Positions 1 through 13,014 are shown, counted from the stretch's first letter. The stretch: DNA of 64,000 nt from Octopus sinensis (GCF_006345805.1 NC_042997.1:106888001-106952000); one strand, 5' to 3'. Translations and numbers: made by a program. Notes: generated by a model not told the origin, from the letters alone.

Positions 1-1136
1 CCCAGCGTGTTAACAATTCTGACAACTTGCTGCCTTAAATTAAACAAATATTAAATTTACTTAAATAATCAAATAAAATACAGGCTTGTACAGTAGTATA
101 AATGATACAAGTTTATTAATACTGTACTGTGCAAGTTACTGTAAAACAGGACCACCCAGTGAACTAGTCTGGCAGCTGCAGGAATTTGAAGTTCTTGCTT
201 ATAAATTAGTATGAATTATAAGAGGTTCCAGACCATCAGTGTTTGGAAAATTGATGTTGTACCTGTAATACAAGATACTATGGAAATTTTTATAAAATTA
301 TCATATAAAGCTTGTCTTGGTTAGGTTTTTTTCATTGCTTTTTTAAGCCTTAGGCCAATTCTAATTATTAGCCCTAACCATATCTTGTTTCATAATCAGA
401 ATAACTAAATTACTGTCTATCTTGCTGTATGTTGTAGCATAAGATGTCATGTGTCTGCATTGTTTTAAAATTGGTTTCATATACATTCCAGTTCTGTATT
501 ATGCTAGATTGCTTTAAAAGCCAAGGAAGCATCTATCTGTGTTAACAGTACTCAGTCTTTTCAAATTTTTGGTTAATTGCATGGAGGTTAAGTAAAAAAA
601 ATTACTGAATATTGTTTGTTTTATTACTCTAATTAGTGTAATTACTTAATCCACTTAAATAGTGTAAATTATTCAGCAGAGCTATTCACATGGAAAATTT
701 GAAAAGTAAACTATGTTTTATAGTTAATATTGAATTGACAATTTTTTTTAAAAGTAAGTTTAAGAATAATGTAGAACACCTACCAGTTGGGGTTCTCTAG
801 ACTCCTTACTGTGAGTAGAGTCAAATTTAATGTAAAGTTCATGCAGCTTAAGACTGTTAGCTTTGCTTGATGGCTCATTTTACCAGATCAATAGAAAAAG
901 TCATCAGGCAAAACTTAGTCATTAACATGAATGTTTTAAAATTTAGTGAAAAATGGTTGAGAAGCAGACTTTCCAACCATTTGATTCTGAGTTCATTCCC
1001 ACTACATGGTACCTTGGTTAAGTGTCTTTTACAATAGACCCCGGCCAATCAAAGCCAATTGGATTTGTAGACAGAAACAACAATGGGACTGAACTTGATA
1101 CCATGTACATAGTAAGCAATATTCTTTATCACATAG

Positions 1137-1390
1137 TTAAGACCTCGTGACTGGCACGAACTGATTAGATTTTGGAATCAATCCGGTACTGAACAAGGAT
1201 TCTGGATTATTTTTCTTGTTTTTTTTACTTAATTTTTGAGAGCGATCGGGTTCATTTTTAGTATTCTCATTTGTTAGAGCAGTTGAGTTTATTTGAGATA
1301 TTCTCATTTTAAAAATCATCTCTGGCTAATCGTTGAGAGGACGTTAGTGTTGCCTTGGTGGAGCTTTGCACTCTCTGAGTGCTCTTGTTT
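1137..1390 (-). mobile_element. Interspersed non-autonomous element, possibly Helentron-associated (HINE-like)
   Basis: Minus strand begins AACAAGAGCACTCAGAGAGTGCAAAGCTCCACCAAGGC, which I recall as a common invertebrate non-autonomous element end. The class assignment is from memory. Confidence 0.4.
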
Positions 1391-2064
1391 TATTTAATTT
1401 GCTCAAAATTTTTTGAAGAAAAATTCGTAAACAAATAAATAAGACAAATTACCATACTTTTCCAATTTGATGTTTCCTATGAATAATTAACTTTAAAAAA
1501 TTGCCATCATTGATGTTGTTATGTTATTGTTATTTAATTCAAATTTAGTTTTCAAACACAGACTGTATAATCAAAGACATTTCAACCGTGACAATTCCAT
1601 CATTTTCTTTATACATCATGTATCTTAGACAACTATTGATGGGATTTTGCATTAGGTATCCATACCTTATGAGAAAGGAAAAGATTATTTTTTAAAGCAT
1701 TCTTGTGTTTTTCATACAACAGAAATTACGATTCTGGAAAAGGAAAGAAAATTAAAATCTTAAAATTTTGTTGCCTTTCTTGTATGCATAGGACACCTAA
1801 TTTGAAATTCCTTCCATCTTTCTTTTAAGAAAGTCAGTAGGATGTGTATTGGTTCAAGGGATATTTGGCTGCTATCTCTAACGAGTCAAGCAACCGTGTA
1901 TACATCGTCCTCAGTGGTTTGTGTTGTTGCTGTTTTAGGACAATAGATATTGGCAAGAATCACTGATGACTGGACAAAATATGCCTTAGGGTTATTTTGT
2001 TAGGTCCCTTTCCATCCAGAGTGACTTTACTGTGCTTTCCATCGGTCTGGGTTCAATAAGATAG

Positions 2065-2313
2065 TTGCTCTCAGACAGGTTTATGGTTGAGCCTGTGGCA
2101 GTGGAGACCTCTTGTGTTCTTGGCACCCAGACCATATCTCTGCTCAGTGCTATAGGGGCGGAGATGGCTGTCTGCAAGTGCGAACCCCGTGAGTCTGAGT
2201 AGCTGTTCCAGTGCACCTCCCTCACCATTCTCCGGGGCAACGTCATTTCCATTTTGTCTGTTGGGGCCATGAGGCAGTTTGACTTACAGGAAATTCTATG
2301 TTTCATTCCTTAA
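2065..2313 (+). pseudogene. Relic of the C-terminal restriction-like endonuclease region of a CRE-clade non-LTR retrotransposon
   Basis: Frame +1 reads LLSDRFMVEPVAVETSCVLGTQTISLLSAIGAEMAVCKCEPRESE*LFQCTSLTILRGNVISILSV. This matches the recalled CRE-type pattern P(V/I)AVET.G..G…GEPRE..WL.QR.SLA..RGNA..IL. The in-frame TAG at 2200 sits where TGG (W) is expected. Confidence 0.7.
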
Positions 2314-4092
2314 ATATTTTAAGATTCATACATTAATTTATTACTAAAATATTAGTCTTCTGATTTTCACTGATCAAACAGACGAAGAACTTAGTGAAAA
2401 GGTAGCAATCAGATACTAAGATTAATCAACTTATACTTCATCCCTGAAATAATGTTGCTTTGTAAACTTAACTGTAATTTGTAATCAAAAGTAGGATTTG
2501 CTCCAGTTTTCTGCAATCTGAATCCAAATTCCACCATAATCAAATTTGATTTGCCTGTCTTTCTTTTGGGGATCTCAAGTAAAAATACCAGTTCAGGAGC
2601 TGGACTGGCAGAATTGTTAGAACATTGGATGAGATATTCTGCAATAATGTGTTCTGAGTTCAAATTTCACCTGTTGTCAATCATCGGCTTCCTCATGGTG
2701 GGAAAGCAGGTCTTTTGGGACCCGGGCAACTGTGAAAGTTCTCTGTTAGCTGGAGCAGTGTGGACAAATGCAGACCTTGCATCAGGGAAGACAAACACTA
2801 GGACAGAAAGTATCATTTGTACACAAGGATTCTGGATTTTTACGTTCTGAGTTCAGATCCCACTAAGATCAAACTTTGCTTTTCATTTTTTCGGGATCGA
2901 TAAAATAAAGTACCAGTCAAGTACTGGAATCAATGGTATCAACTAACACCCCTGCCCTAAAAAATTGCTAACTTTGTGCCAAAATTTGAAATCATTGTAC
3001 GTACACATAAGAAGGACATTAGTGACATTTTGTCCATCTTTACATTCTTAGTTCAAATTTCGCTGGAGTCGACTTTGCCCTTTATCCTTTCGGGGTCGAT
3101 CGACTTAACTTTCGCCATAAAATTGCTGGCATTGTACCAAAACCTGAAACCATTATTCTTTCACAAGGACAGTGGATAACAGAATTGGTAGAGTTCCAGA
3201 CAATATGCCAAGATAAATCTTAAGTATTTTTATGTTCTGAGCTCAAATTAGGCAGGTACTGGCTTTGCTTTTCATTCTTCCAGTTTTGGTAATTCAAGTA
3301 CCAGTCAAGAACTCAGGTTGATATAAATGTTTGAAATGGATAATATAATGAATAATAAAATAACAGTGATGGTAACGATAATAATAGATTCATGTAGAAA
3401 CATGTGCCTGACCAAAATGAACATGAAGGTATTTCGAAAGTTAACCATCTGAAACACCATATTTAAATAATACAAAGACAAACAATAATTTATAAATAAA
3501 TGTATCATACAGGTGTGTGTGGAGGATGATAAACCTGACATACACAAACAAACATTTTTGTTAATTTTTTCTTTTTATTTTATTGTGAACATTGCTTAAA
3601 CAATTACCAAAGAAATGTTTTTTTCAATAAGAAATAGTGGCTATCCTTCAATATAATCTGACTGTGAGCCATTTTGAATGACATACTTGTTTCAGAGTGA
3701 CCTGTTTTAAAACCTCAGTAACTCTAGTCATTTCTTGTTTAACAGGATAAGATATAAGCTAAGACATATTATAGATAATCAGTGAAATGCTTCTGGGTAT
3801 ATTTTCCATTTGGTTGGTATAGAATTTCAACATACAAGAAGTAAGATGATAGTTGAGATAAAGTGTGTTCCAATCTAGGTGCAGCTTGAATAATATGAAT
3901 GTTGAACAGTAGGTAGCCATTGTGAAAATGACCTACTGAAGTTTATGTAAGTTAGTCTTGTGTATAACTTCAATTATGATCAATTCATATCTCCCTAGCA
4001 GTATCAACAATGTCATCTTGAAGTTTTGGTTTCCTTCCAAATAATCCCAAACTGTATTTTTTAAAATTCGGTCCCTTTTACTACATCGGACT

Positions 4093-4282
4093 TCACTTCT
4101 CTGAACTAGCAAGTTGCAAAATCCGTCTCATTTTTTCATGATCCTCCTTCATACTCTGCACCAAACTCTCACATAATTTTTCTTTGTTAGATCTTATACT
4201 CTCTAGGATTCCTTCCCATATAAGTTTTACTGATGACCTTTCGGGGAAAGTATATATAACTGAAAGTATCTGTTGGCAATTT
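4093..4282 (-). CDS. Candidate terminal exon of a minus-strand gene (…ILSVIYTFPERSSVKLIWEGILESIRSNKEKLCESLVQSMKEDHEKMRRILQLASSEK*)
   Basis: Repeat-free open frame with E/K-rich, helix-like composition. Three possible acceptors give exon starts at 4282, 4269 or 4259. Confidence 0.35.
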
Positions 4283-4467
4283 CTGTAAAAACTTTTTATT
4301 TCTTTCATTTTTTTCTAGTTGAATTGTTTATGCTTATGTATTTATATGTATGTGTGTGTGTGTTTATGTGTCTATATATGTATATTTTTAAATATAAGTG
4401 CATGTATGTGTTTATGTGCATGTATATTGTACGTACATGCACAATGCTTCAACCGCATTGACCTCAC

Positions 4468-4527
4468 CAGTTTTGAGAGAGAAAGCAGGAGATTGCTCTG
4501 CAAAAGACAAAGTCTCTGTACCTGCTC
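4468..4527 (-). CDS. Candidate 60-nt internal exon on the minus strand
   Basis: Minus strand reads ttttatctgttaccctcag|GAGCAGG...AAAACTG|gtgagg. Multiple of 3, open in all three frames, richer in GC than its flanks. Confidence 0.4.
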
Positions 4528-6514
4528 CTGAGGGTAACAGATAAAACTGTTTCCTTCCCACTCTTATTAGTTCTGACGATTCAAAGGAGTTCTATGAGTG
4601 GCATCTTTTCCGTCAATTAATAAATAGGTTCCAATTGGCTATTTCATAGATGAACAGCATATATATGTGTATTTATGTTGTATTTATCCCCCACCATCAC
4701 TCAACAGTCGGTCCTGGTTTGCTCACATCTGCATAACATAGCGGTTCAACAAAAGAGGCCGATAGAGTAATTACTGGGGTCAATTTGTTTGACTAAACTA
4801 CTTAAGGCAGTGCCCCCACTATGGCTGTAGTTCAATAATTGAAATAAGTAAAAGGTAAAAAGATTACCCATTTGACCCAGAACTTTTTGTGAAACAACTG
4901 GAACTAATATTAGGAATAAAGCAGTTATGAGTCCAATAGCATACACAAAGCTGCACCTTGGGGTCAGAAAATTCTTTTTGTTCCAAACCAACAACCAAAT
5001 TCACACAAAGTGCAAATATAATTTACATTGAAGTAGAAGTCAACTGTTTTGTATGGCGTAGTTACTATATAAACTATTTTAAATAACACCAAATAAATAA
5101 GGCCACCTTATTGATTACTGAAAACTTTACTTATCATATGATATATATATATCCTTCTCACACCCAAAAGAATTTGACTTAAATTTACAGAGAGCTATTT
5201 CTTGGTTTTCTGCTTGTAGCATTGCATCAATTCTATCCCGTTGCCCCTACGAAAATTAGAGCTATTTGTTACCAAACTTTACTAATCCCTTTACGTTATC
5301 CAACTTCTCGAACAGTGGTTAGGTATCATCGTTGTGTTTGACACTAAACTATTCGAATGTTTCCCTGTAACTTTCCATGGTGGATTTTTAGAGCAATTCA
5401 TAGCATACATTGATGGCAAAAGTTTTTATTATAACATACTAGTTTTCTGGTGTTATTTGTAGTACATGTACTACGTCAGTGTCCTGTATGACTTTTTTTC
5501 CAGTAAACACGTTAGAAAGTTCAAATAAACAAAAATAACTTAACACACTTTACGTTGCAATTTAACACTGCTTCACCCAACATCTCCAGTTTCTCAAGTC
5601 AACGAGTGTCTTTATGTGGTCGAACGACCTGCTAGAAATAGCAACCAAACTTCACTCAGATTAGACTCCCACTGTCTTCAGTAAAGACAGTGGAAAGTGT
5701 AGCCCTGATATACTTAAAGACGGGATGGAATGTTTTTCATCCTTACCAATGTAGGTACACAAAGGTCATAGTCACTCCTTTCACATCCTATAGCTAAATA
5801 AATAATTAAGGAAAGAAAAAAGACTTCCTCAGACAACCTAGCACTCGTTGTTATGAAACATGTAAAATTAATCTTGGAAATAAAACATCTCGTTGGATTT
5901 TTCGCGCCCTCATTTCTGTCGTATACGTTTAAGGTACAGGATAAAATTATTCAACCTATATTGAGGTTTAAATTATCTTTAAAAATTGCACAACTGGCGT
6001 CAAGGATATATAATCTATTTATAATCCAATACATTTTATTGATATTGGTAGGGCGATTAGCTGGCAAGATCGTTAGCTTGCCGGGCACAAAATACTTAGT
6101 AGCATTTCTTCCCGCTTTACGTTTGTTCTGAGTTCAAATTTCGCCGTTGCCGATTCTGCCCTTCCTCCTTTTCAGACTGATAAAAATAATGGCAAATTTT
6201 GATACTTTCACCCGCACGATTTTCACTAAGAAAAAAAAAAAAAAAACTCGGATTTTTTGCGTGGAATCGAGTACCCTGATCTCCTGTGTCGCAAAACCCT
6301 TATTTGTGTTCGGAAAAAAGTGGTGGGGGAGGGGGGACGGACCTCCTTTACCATAATAATTACCAGTCGACTAACCACTACCCCCCAAAATTCAGATTGG
6401 TCTATAATGATATAATACAAAAAATAATAAATCTTTGTTATATTATTATTTATTTTTCTTAATAAAAATGAGTGAAGGGAAAACTTTGCAGCTTGATATC
6501 GTACACTTCACTAA

Positions 6515-7020
6515 TCTATATATATAAAACTCTAGTTGTGTGAGTGTCTGTCCCCTTCGATTTAGATTCCTAACTCCTCCCACATTTTGCGGTGCAGTTT
6601 AACCAAATTCGGGTATCTTATAGTCGTGATTCATATCGAGCCCGTCTGACTATTAGTGCGCGTCAACGATGAGTCTACGATTTTAAAAATAATTTAACAT
6701 CATTTTTTATTCCATTTTAATGCATAAAATGCATTGTATGTCGATGGCGGCGGAGTTGGCGTCCACGCTCACAGCTGCACCTGTTTGCTTCTCCCCCTAC
6801 CCTCCCTCGTGAAGCTGTGGGGAAGGGAGTGTAAAGAAATCAACGTCGTAATGCGTTGTGAAGGAAACCAGCGTTCTTTTAGAACAACGACTTCATGGCT
6901 TGAAGACACCAAAATAAAAATGGCTAAGAAAGCCCGAATTTATAAGGGAAGTAACTCTCTAAAAATGCTTATATAGTTATTTCCCTTACAAACCCGAGCA
7001 ACGCCGGGCGATACTGCTAG
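6515..7020 (+). mobile_element. Non-autonomous Helitron, copy 1 (506 bp)
   Basis: 5' end A|TCTATATATATAAAA. 3' GC-rich hairpin CCCGAGCAACGCCGGG followed by terminal CTAG. No target-site duplication. Confidence 0.9.
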
Positions 7021-7546
7021 TCTATATATATAAAACTGTAGTTGTGTGAGTGTCTGTCCCCTTCGATTTAGATTCCTAACTCCTCCCACATTTTGCGGTG
7101 CAGTTTAACCAAATTCGGGTATCTTATAGTCGTGATTAATATCGAGCCCGTCTGGCTATTAGCGCGCGTCTACGATGAGTCTACGATTTTAAAAATAATT
7201 TAACATCATTTTTTTATTCCATTTTAATGCATAATATTTCGTGTGTCGATGGCGGCATGGTTGGCGTCCACGCTCAAACACCTGCACCTGTGTTTGCTTC
7301 TCCCCCTTCTTCCCTCCCTCGTGAAGCTGTGGGAAAGGGAGTGTAAGGAAATCAACGTCGTAAAGCGTTGTCAAGGAGACCAGCGTTCTTTTAGAACAAC
7401 GACTTCATGGCTTGAAGACACCAAAACAGAAATGGCTAAGAAAGCCCGAACAAACGTAAATGGCTAAGAAAGGGAAGTAAGTCTCTAAAAATGCTTATAT
7501 AGTTATTTCCCTTACAAACCCGAGCAACGCCGGGCGATACTGCTAG
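7021..7546 (+). mobile_element. Non-autonomous Helitron, copy 2 (526 bp), head-to-tail with copy 1
   Basis: Same 5' TC, same 3' hairpin and CTAG|T. Junction is CTAG|TC at 7020/7021; the empty site would read ctaA|Tattt. Confidence 0.9.
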
Positions 7547-7607
7547 TATTTACTAAAATTCTAATGTGTCACTAAAATCCTGAGGTACGAAATTAAGAAC
7601 TTTCATG

Positions 7608-7947
7608 TAGGGAGCGATCTGAAAGTCTTGTCACTACCTACAAATATTGTTTTAATTTTCTGTTATCAAGGAGAGAGTTTCACAAGTGCGATACCAGAAT
7701 ACCCAACAGTTGAGGGACGCTGTTTTGACAGCCTTTGTAACAATCACCAAAATACAGTTTCATAAAATATCACACAGGACATGGCGCCGCATCATTTTGT
7801 GTCACGAAAATAATGTCTCGATGCGTGACTGTCAGTGTCAATGAAAGTGATTAAACTAAAACCAGTACATGTATTTGATATTATATTGTTCCTCTATTGT
7901 TCTTATTACTTTTCTGTAGGGTGTGACAAGTCTTTCAGACCACCCTA
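7608..7947 (+). mobile_element. Internally deleted Tc1/mariner element retaining TIRs and the transposase C-terminus
   Basis: Imperfect ~27-bp TIRs (TAGGGAGCGATCTGAAAGTCTTGTCAC / GTGACAAGTCTTTCAGACCACCCTA) with TA at 7948-7949. Frame +3, 7665-7844, reads IKERVSQVRYQNTQQLRDAVLTAFVTITKIQFHKISHRTWRRIILCHENN, typical of a Tc1-like transposase C-terminus. Confidence 0.8.
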
Positions 7948-9481
7948 TACATCTAACTGAATATAAAAAAACTATATGTATGTATCTATCTACCTATATA
8001 TATATATTTATTTATATATATAGGTGCAGGTATGTTTGAATGGGTAAGAAACCTGCGTGGCACCTTGGGCAAGTTTCTTCTACTATGACCTGAAGCCGAC
8101 CAAAGCTTTGAGAATGGATCTGGTAGATGGAAACTGAAAGTCCATCGTATATGTGTTTGTATACATATATCTATACACACAGACACACGTGTATGCATAT
8201 ATCCGTGTTTGTTTATTTCTCCGTAACTTAGTGGTTGGGCAAAACAGACCAATAGAATATGTACCAGGCTTTAAAAATTAAAAGTACTGGAGTCATTTGT
8301 TCGACTAAGCCCTTCAAGGCGGTACCCGCATTCCAGTGACTAAAACTAGTTAGAGAAATAGTTAATCAACACACACACAAACACTTGATTTTGATGAGGG
8401 AAAATGCGCATGTTAAATATGGAGTTAATTTAATGCTAATTATCTCCTTCAAAAAAAATTATCCAACCGTAAGTTGAGGTTCAACTTCTTAGTTGTTGAC
8501 TTTAATGCTCTATACCGGAGTAGTACTTTCTTTTGTAACACATACTCAACATATATTCACATACTTAGACAACGTTGTAAAATGTCCACCTACTTGGTTT
8601 AAATGACAAACTTGACTGTCAAGCTGTGTCTTCGCTCTGACAACTTCTAATATTACAATCGTCTCAGCTGTTATAAACCTGTTGACTCTATATATATCAT
8701 TTCAACCTCAACTCAATCGGTATACTTGTCATCGGTGTCGTTTTAACAGTACCTTAGAACCCTAGACAAAGCAATGCACTGGGCCTAGAGTTTTTTTTTT
8801 TTATTTATTGACAGCAGAGCCTCAACATATATAGATTACCACCGGGCCCTTACTCCCATAGGCACCTTCCCTCCTCAATCTCTATTGTTCTTTCTCTCTT
8901 TCTGTGTGTATAGCCTCCCTTAACTCTTTGTCTGCCATCAACCCTAGTATGTGCACTCATCCTGCAGCTCAAGTCAACTCTCTGCATTTCTCTTTTACTT
9001 TATCTTTTCTTTTTATTCGATGTAAAGTGTGACTGGAGAAAGGAACCAACATATCAGCTATCATATGTGTGTATGCATGTATATGTCTGTGCGTGTATGT
9101 ATATATATATATATATATTTGACACACATTATGAAGTAACTAAGCTGACAATAGGATGTCATTTACTTTGTCTCGTTTGATGGAGGATTCGGGATCCAAT
9201 ATAAGCTAATGGCCTAAACATTAAAAAAGCTTTAAAAGATGCTATCTTCCTCCATTTAAGAATTTAGTTGCTTATGCAGTCTTAATTCTCTTGTGTACTA
9301 TCATTTTTTTAATGTCCTCATATTACAACATAAAATGACATATCTTGTTACCGAAAAGCTTTCATTAATACTGGCTGTGTGTTGGAGTAATTTTATTTCT
9401 CTACTGTTTTAATACTGCTTTCTCTGGTGTTTGTCGCATGTCCTCTTCAGTAATCATTATGCAAGTCCCCATTGTGTCTAT

Positions 9482-9729
9482 TCAACATTTTGTTAGAACT
9501 TTCTCCATCCGCAGTTCGATGACATGTAATTTGAACCTGCAGTTCAAGATTTCTATGCGTGATACATAATATTTAAACGCTGTAGAGACTGAGTGAATAC
9601 ACGAGCGTGTGGCCTCAGGAGTGTATGCAGGCGGAGAAGGAGGAAGGACTGGAACTAGGTTTATCGTAAATTCTTTTGATTCAGGCGATGGGTGCTGTAA
9701 GTACGGAGATGGCAGTGTTCGGGAGAACT
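9482..9729 (-). CDS. Candidate Pro/Ser-rich exon with a PPxY motif (EFSRTLPSPYLQHPSPESKEFTINLVPVLPPSPPAYTPEAT…)
   Basis: Minus-strand acceptor tttatctgaaacag| at 9731/9730, phase 1. GC-richer stretch, open to the stop at 9482, not matched to any repeat I recognised. Confidence 0.35.
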
Positions 9730-10126
9730 CTGTTTCAGATAAATATAATTTGATCCTTTTTTTTTCTTTTATCTTTTTTTTTTTACTTGTTTCAGTCATC
9801 CGACTGCGGCTATTCTACATGTTAATAATATTCCTACACTGTAAAGCGGCGAGCTGGCAGAATCGTTAGCACGCCGAGTAAAATGCTTAGTAGCATTTCG
9901 TCCGTCTTTACGTTTAACTGCCGCCGGGGTCAATTTAATCAACTTAACCTCTCCCCCGAAATTGCTTACTTTGTGCCAAAATGGAAACCAATAATTTTCC
10001 TCCAATGTACTTTCAATAGATTTTTAGCCAACACTAGATGTAATGGACGGATATAAACACTCTTTATTTAACATTATCGTCAACAGAAAAGTAGAAACCA
10101 AGCGGAATGGTTTCAATTCCAAATTG

Positions 10127-10485
10127 CTGACCGACAGATTTTTTAATTGATTTTTTTTTTTTAACTAAACACTTTGAAACTTCGGATACTGGTTGAATGT
10201 GTTACATAGAACAGGGTTTACTCTTAACGTTTTTTACAAAATTTTGTATTTTAGAAGTTATTTCGTGTTAAAGTTGTTGTATTTGGGTAATTTTAACCAA
10301 TCAATGACGTGTATTCAGCTGAAGAAAATTACTGCTGCTGTTTGCGAACAACAACTTCCAGGTCCACTCCCCTAACAAAACTCTTCTTTAACAGCCAAAT
10401 ATGTTTTTTATAGCAACATAGGTTTGCTGTATCAGGGTTGATTTGAGGCTAAATAACAACAAAATTATTACTGAGACAGACCAAT
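10127..10485 (+). repeat. Third, dispersed copy of the core of the inverted-repeat arm
   Basis: CTGACCGACAGATT…CTGAGACAGACCAAT aligns with 18803-19350 and, inverted, with 19795-20130. Confidence 0.85.
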
Positions 10486-13014
10486 TATATATTATTTTGA
10501 TTTTAATCACCTTACTTTGAAATTGTATGAATAATACCGTACTAAATTCTGGTGCCTCAACTTAAGTACCATAGTCATCTGAATCTTTATATATATATAT
10601 ATATATAAGCAATAATAAATCTCTGAACGAGGTATAAACAGTAACTGCGCGACAATGTGAAGCATATTTGCCATCTAAATGTGGCTAATCACAAAGCGAG
10701 TTTCTTAACTGCACAGCTATTTCTGCGCCTATCTACTGAGTTTTAAACCCAAACTATATGTAAATGGATGTAAACACCTCCTCTTTGTTGTAATATCCTC
10801 ATTGACTGAAAAATGAGGAATCAATTAGCCGGACTAGTTTCGATATTGTGCCGTGATTTCAAATACTCTGTATACTGTACTATATATATATAGTATTGTA
10901 CAGGGAATGCATTCAAATTAAACCCTGTTAACGTATCAGAAAATTATAGTTGTTAACATTGGTACTTGGTTTTCATTTTGTGGAAGCGTATGGTTGATTT
11001 AATCACCATTCATCATTTAAGTGCTTATTTATGGACCCTGCCTGTCTCAAGCATTTTCATAAATTTATCTTAAACGTCATTGTTTGTTTTCAAACTTTTA
11101 GTTATCCCCTTGTTTCATGCGTTCTGAGTAATTATAAAGCTTTTCTCAATCGTTCCCAACTTACTGTAGTGGTTTTAAAAAATTGGATATTTGCGTCATT
11201 TGATGCGTGCACGCCGGAAAATGTCCTGTGTTTCAATGGCAAAAGATTAATGTAGTGTTTATGATGTGAGATACGATTGTTATTAACTCCAGAACAAAGT
11301 TGTTCCAATCGTGACTATCCTACGTTTTCCAGTATGTCCTGCCATTTTTTTAACGATATATGAGGAGGAATGCCCATAGATTATAGACCCGCTCGTTCAG
11401 TGTTGGCTTAGGGTTTAACAACAACAACGAACTAACGACGGAGCTTATACAATTAGGCACCGACAACCTTTTTTAGTTGCCGCTGTTTATTTTCTACTCA
11501 GCGCTCATTGAGAGCAAATTTCTGATCAAAGGCCTTCGAAACGAATTACCATCCCCTACTTTTTGTATATCAATGGCTACATTATTCAGTGTGTCTGTCC
11601 TTCCTTAAAAAAAATAGCGATATGATTTGAGATTTGATTGTTATTTCTAGCAAGTCCAGCGCGGCTGTATTAACTCTTCCTCGCGGTGGTAGCGAAATCA
11701 CCTCTGTTATGTGTGCAAATAATCATAATAACAGGCAATTAAGTTGATAATTAGTAAGAAAACAAGATCTATAAGAAAATTACCACCACCATTACAACTA
11801 CATCACTGAAGCATCTTTCAATAAATGTGCCTGATACTTCTTTATTTTTATTATAAGTATGAAAATCAATGGAAAGTGACTTAAGTCAGTTGAATACTAG
11901 CTCATGTGCTAACTTCTGTATCTCCCCCCTCTATATTATTATTATTGTTTCTCCCTCTACCTTCTCACAATCACTACTGTCTACAACAATCCTACTGTTG
12001 TTGACTCATTATAATTCTTTTTCCACTCCTCTTAATTGTTTTTCTTTTTCTTCTTCCTCCACTTCCACTGTCCTTTTTTTTTTCTTTTCTTTTTTGTCTC
12101 TCTTTCCATCTGTTTTACTCTATTTCTATTCTTTCTCTCCAATGCACGTTATAACCCATTCCTATTTTTCTGACTCCCATTTCTAACGCCTCAATCTTTT
12201 ATACTTATGGTTTTTTGTTCTTTTTTATCTTCCTGAACCAAAGAGGAGTCAACAAGAGCTACTGCATGGTCTGCTAGAAATAACAGCCAAATTTTCCCCT
12301 AGCTCGCATCCTACTGTCTTATCAGGACACGTTAAACCTTATAAATTCCTACATATCACGAAAAAGGACATGATGATCACGGCTGGAATGCCCATATATT
12401 ATTATAGACCCGCTCGTTCAATTTTGGCTAACGAGGAAGCTTATACAATCAGACATGGACAACCTTTTTTGAGAAAAACTTAAAGAATAGCAAAGTAATT
12501 TTAATGAAATCTTTTTTTCTTCCTTGATAAATTAAATGCATCGTTTAGAAAGTCCAGTGGGCCGCAGTTTACCCATGGTCGCTTGGTTTGCGAGAAATAG
12601 TCAAATTTCTCTTATTTCATAATCCCAATGCCTTAAAGATAGACATTAAAGTGTCGTCAGGATGGTCGTAGTAGGAATACCTTGTATCATATATCTGCTC
12701 GCTTAGGATTAAATAATACAACCATCCTCAACTGTCACCAGACATCCACTACAGATTCCTACTGTGTCCCACATCAGCTGTAGTCGTCCCCTTTAAGCCT
12801 CGCTCTTTATATCTGCTATAGCCTGCTATATTGCTTTTTCCTTTCTTTCTTTGTGTATATCTCTTTTCCTCTTTCTCTCTCTCCGCTGTGTTTTGTCTTC
12901 TTTTGCTCTGCTGTTTTATCTGTTACTCTTTTTCCTGCTTCTCTGCTTGCTATTCGCCTTTTCTCTCGTTTCTTCTATTTGTCTTTCTCCCTCCTCTTCT
13001 CTACTCACACTTTA

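Noticed and set aside
1992-2306. 104-aa minus-strand ORF
   Set aside because: It is the antisense shadow of the CRE relic on the + strand.
6734-7467. Similar ORFs of 80 and 74 aa in the two Helitron units
   Set aside because: The similarity reflects repeat identity. Frame-shifting indels between the copies argue against coding constraint.
9609-9869. Plus-strand Gly-rich ORF and GTAAGT donor at 9697
   Set aside because: It is antisense to the Pro-rich minus frame, and all frames from the nearby + acceptors (9514, 9543) hit stops.
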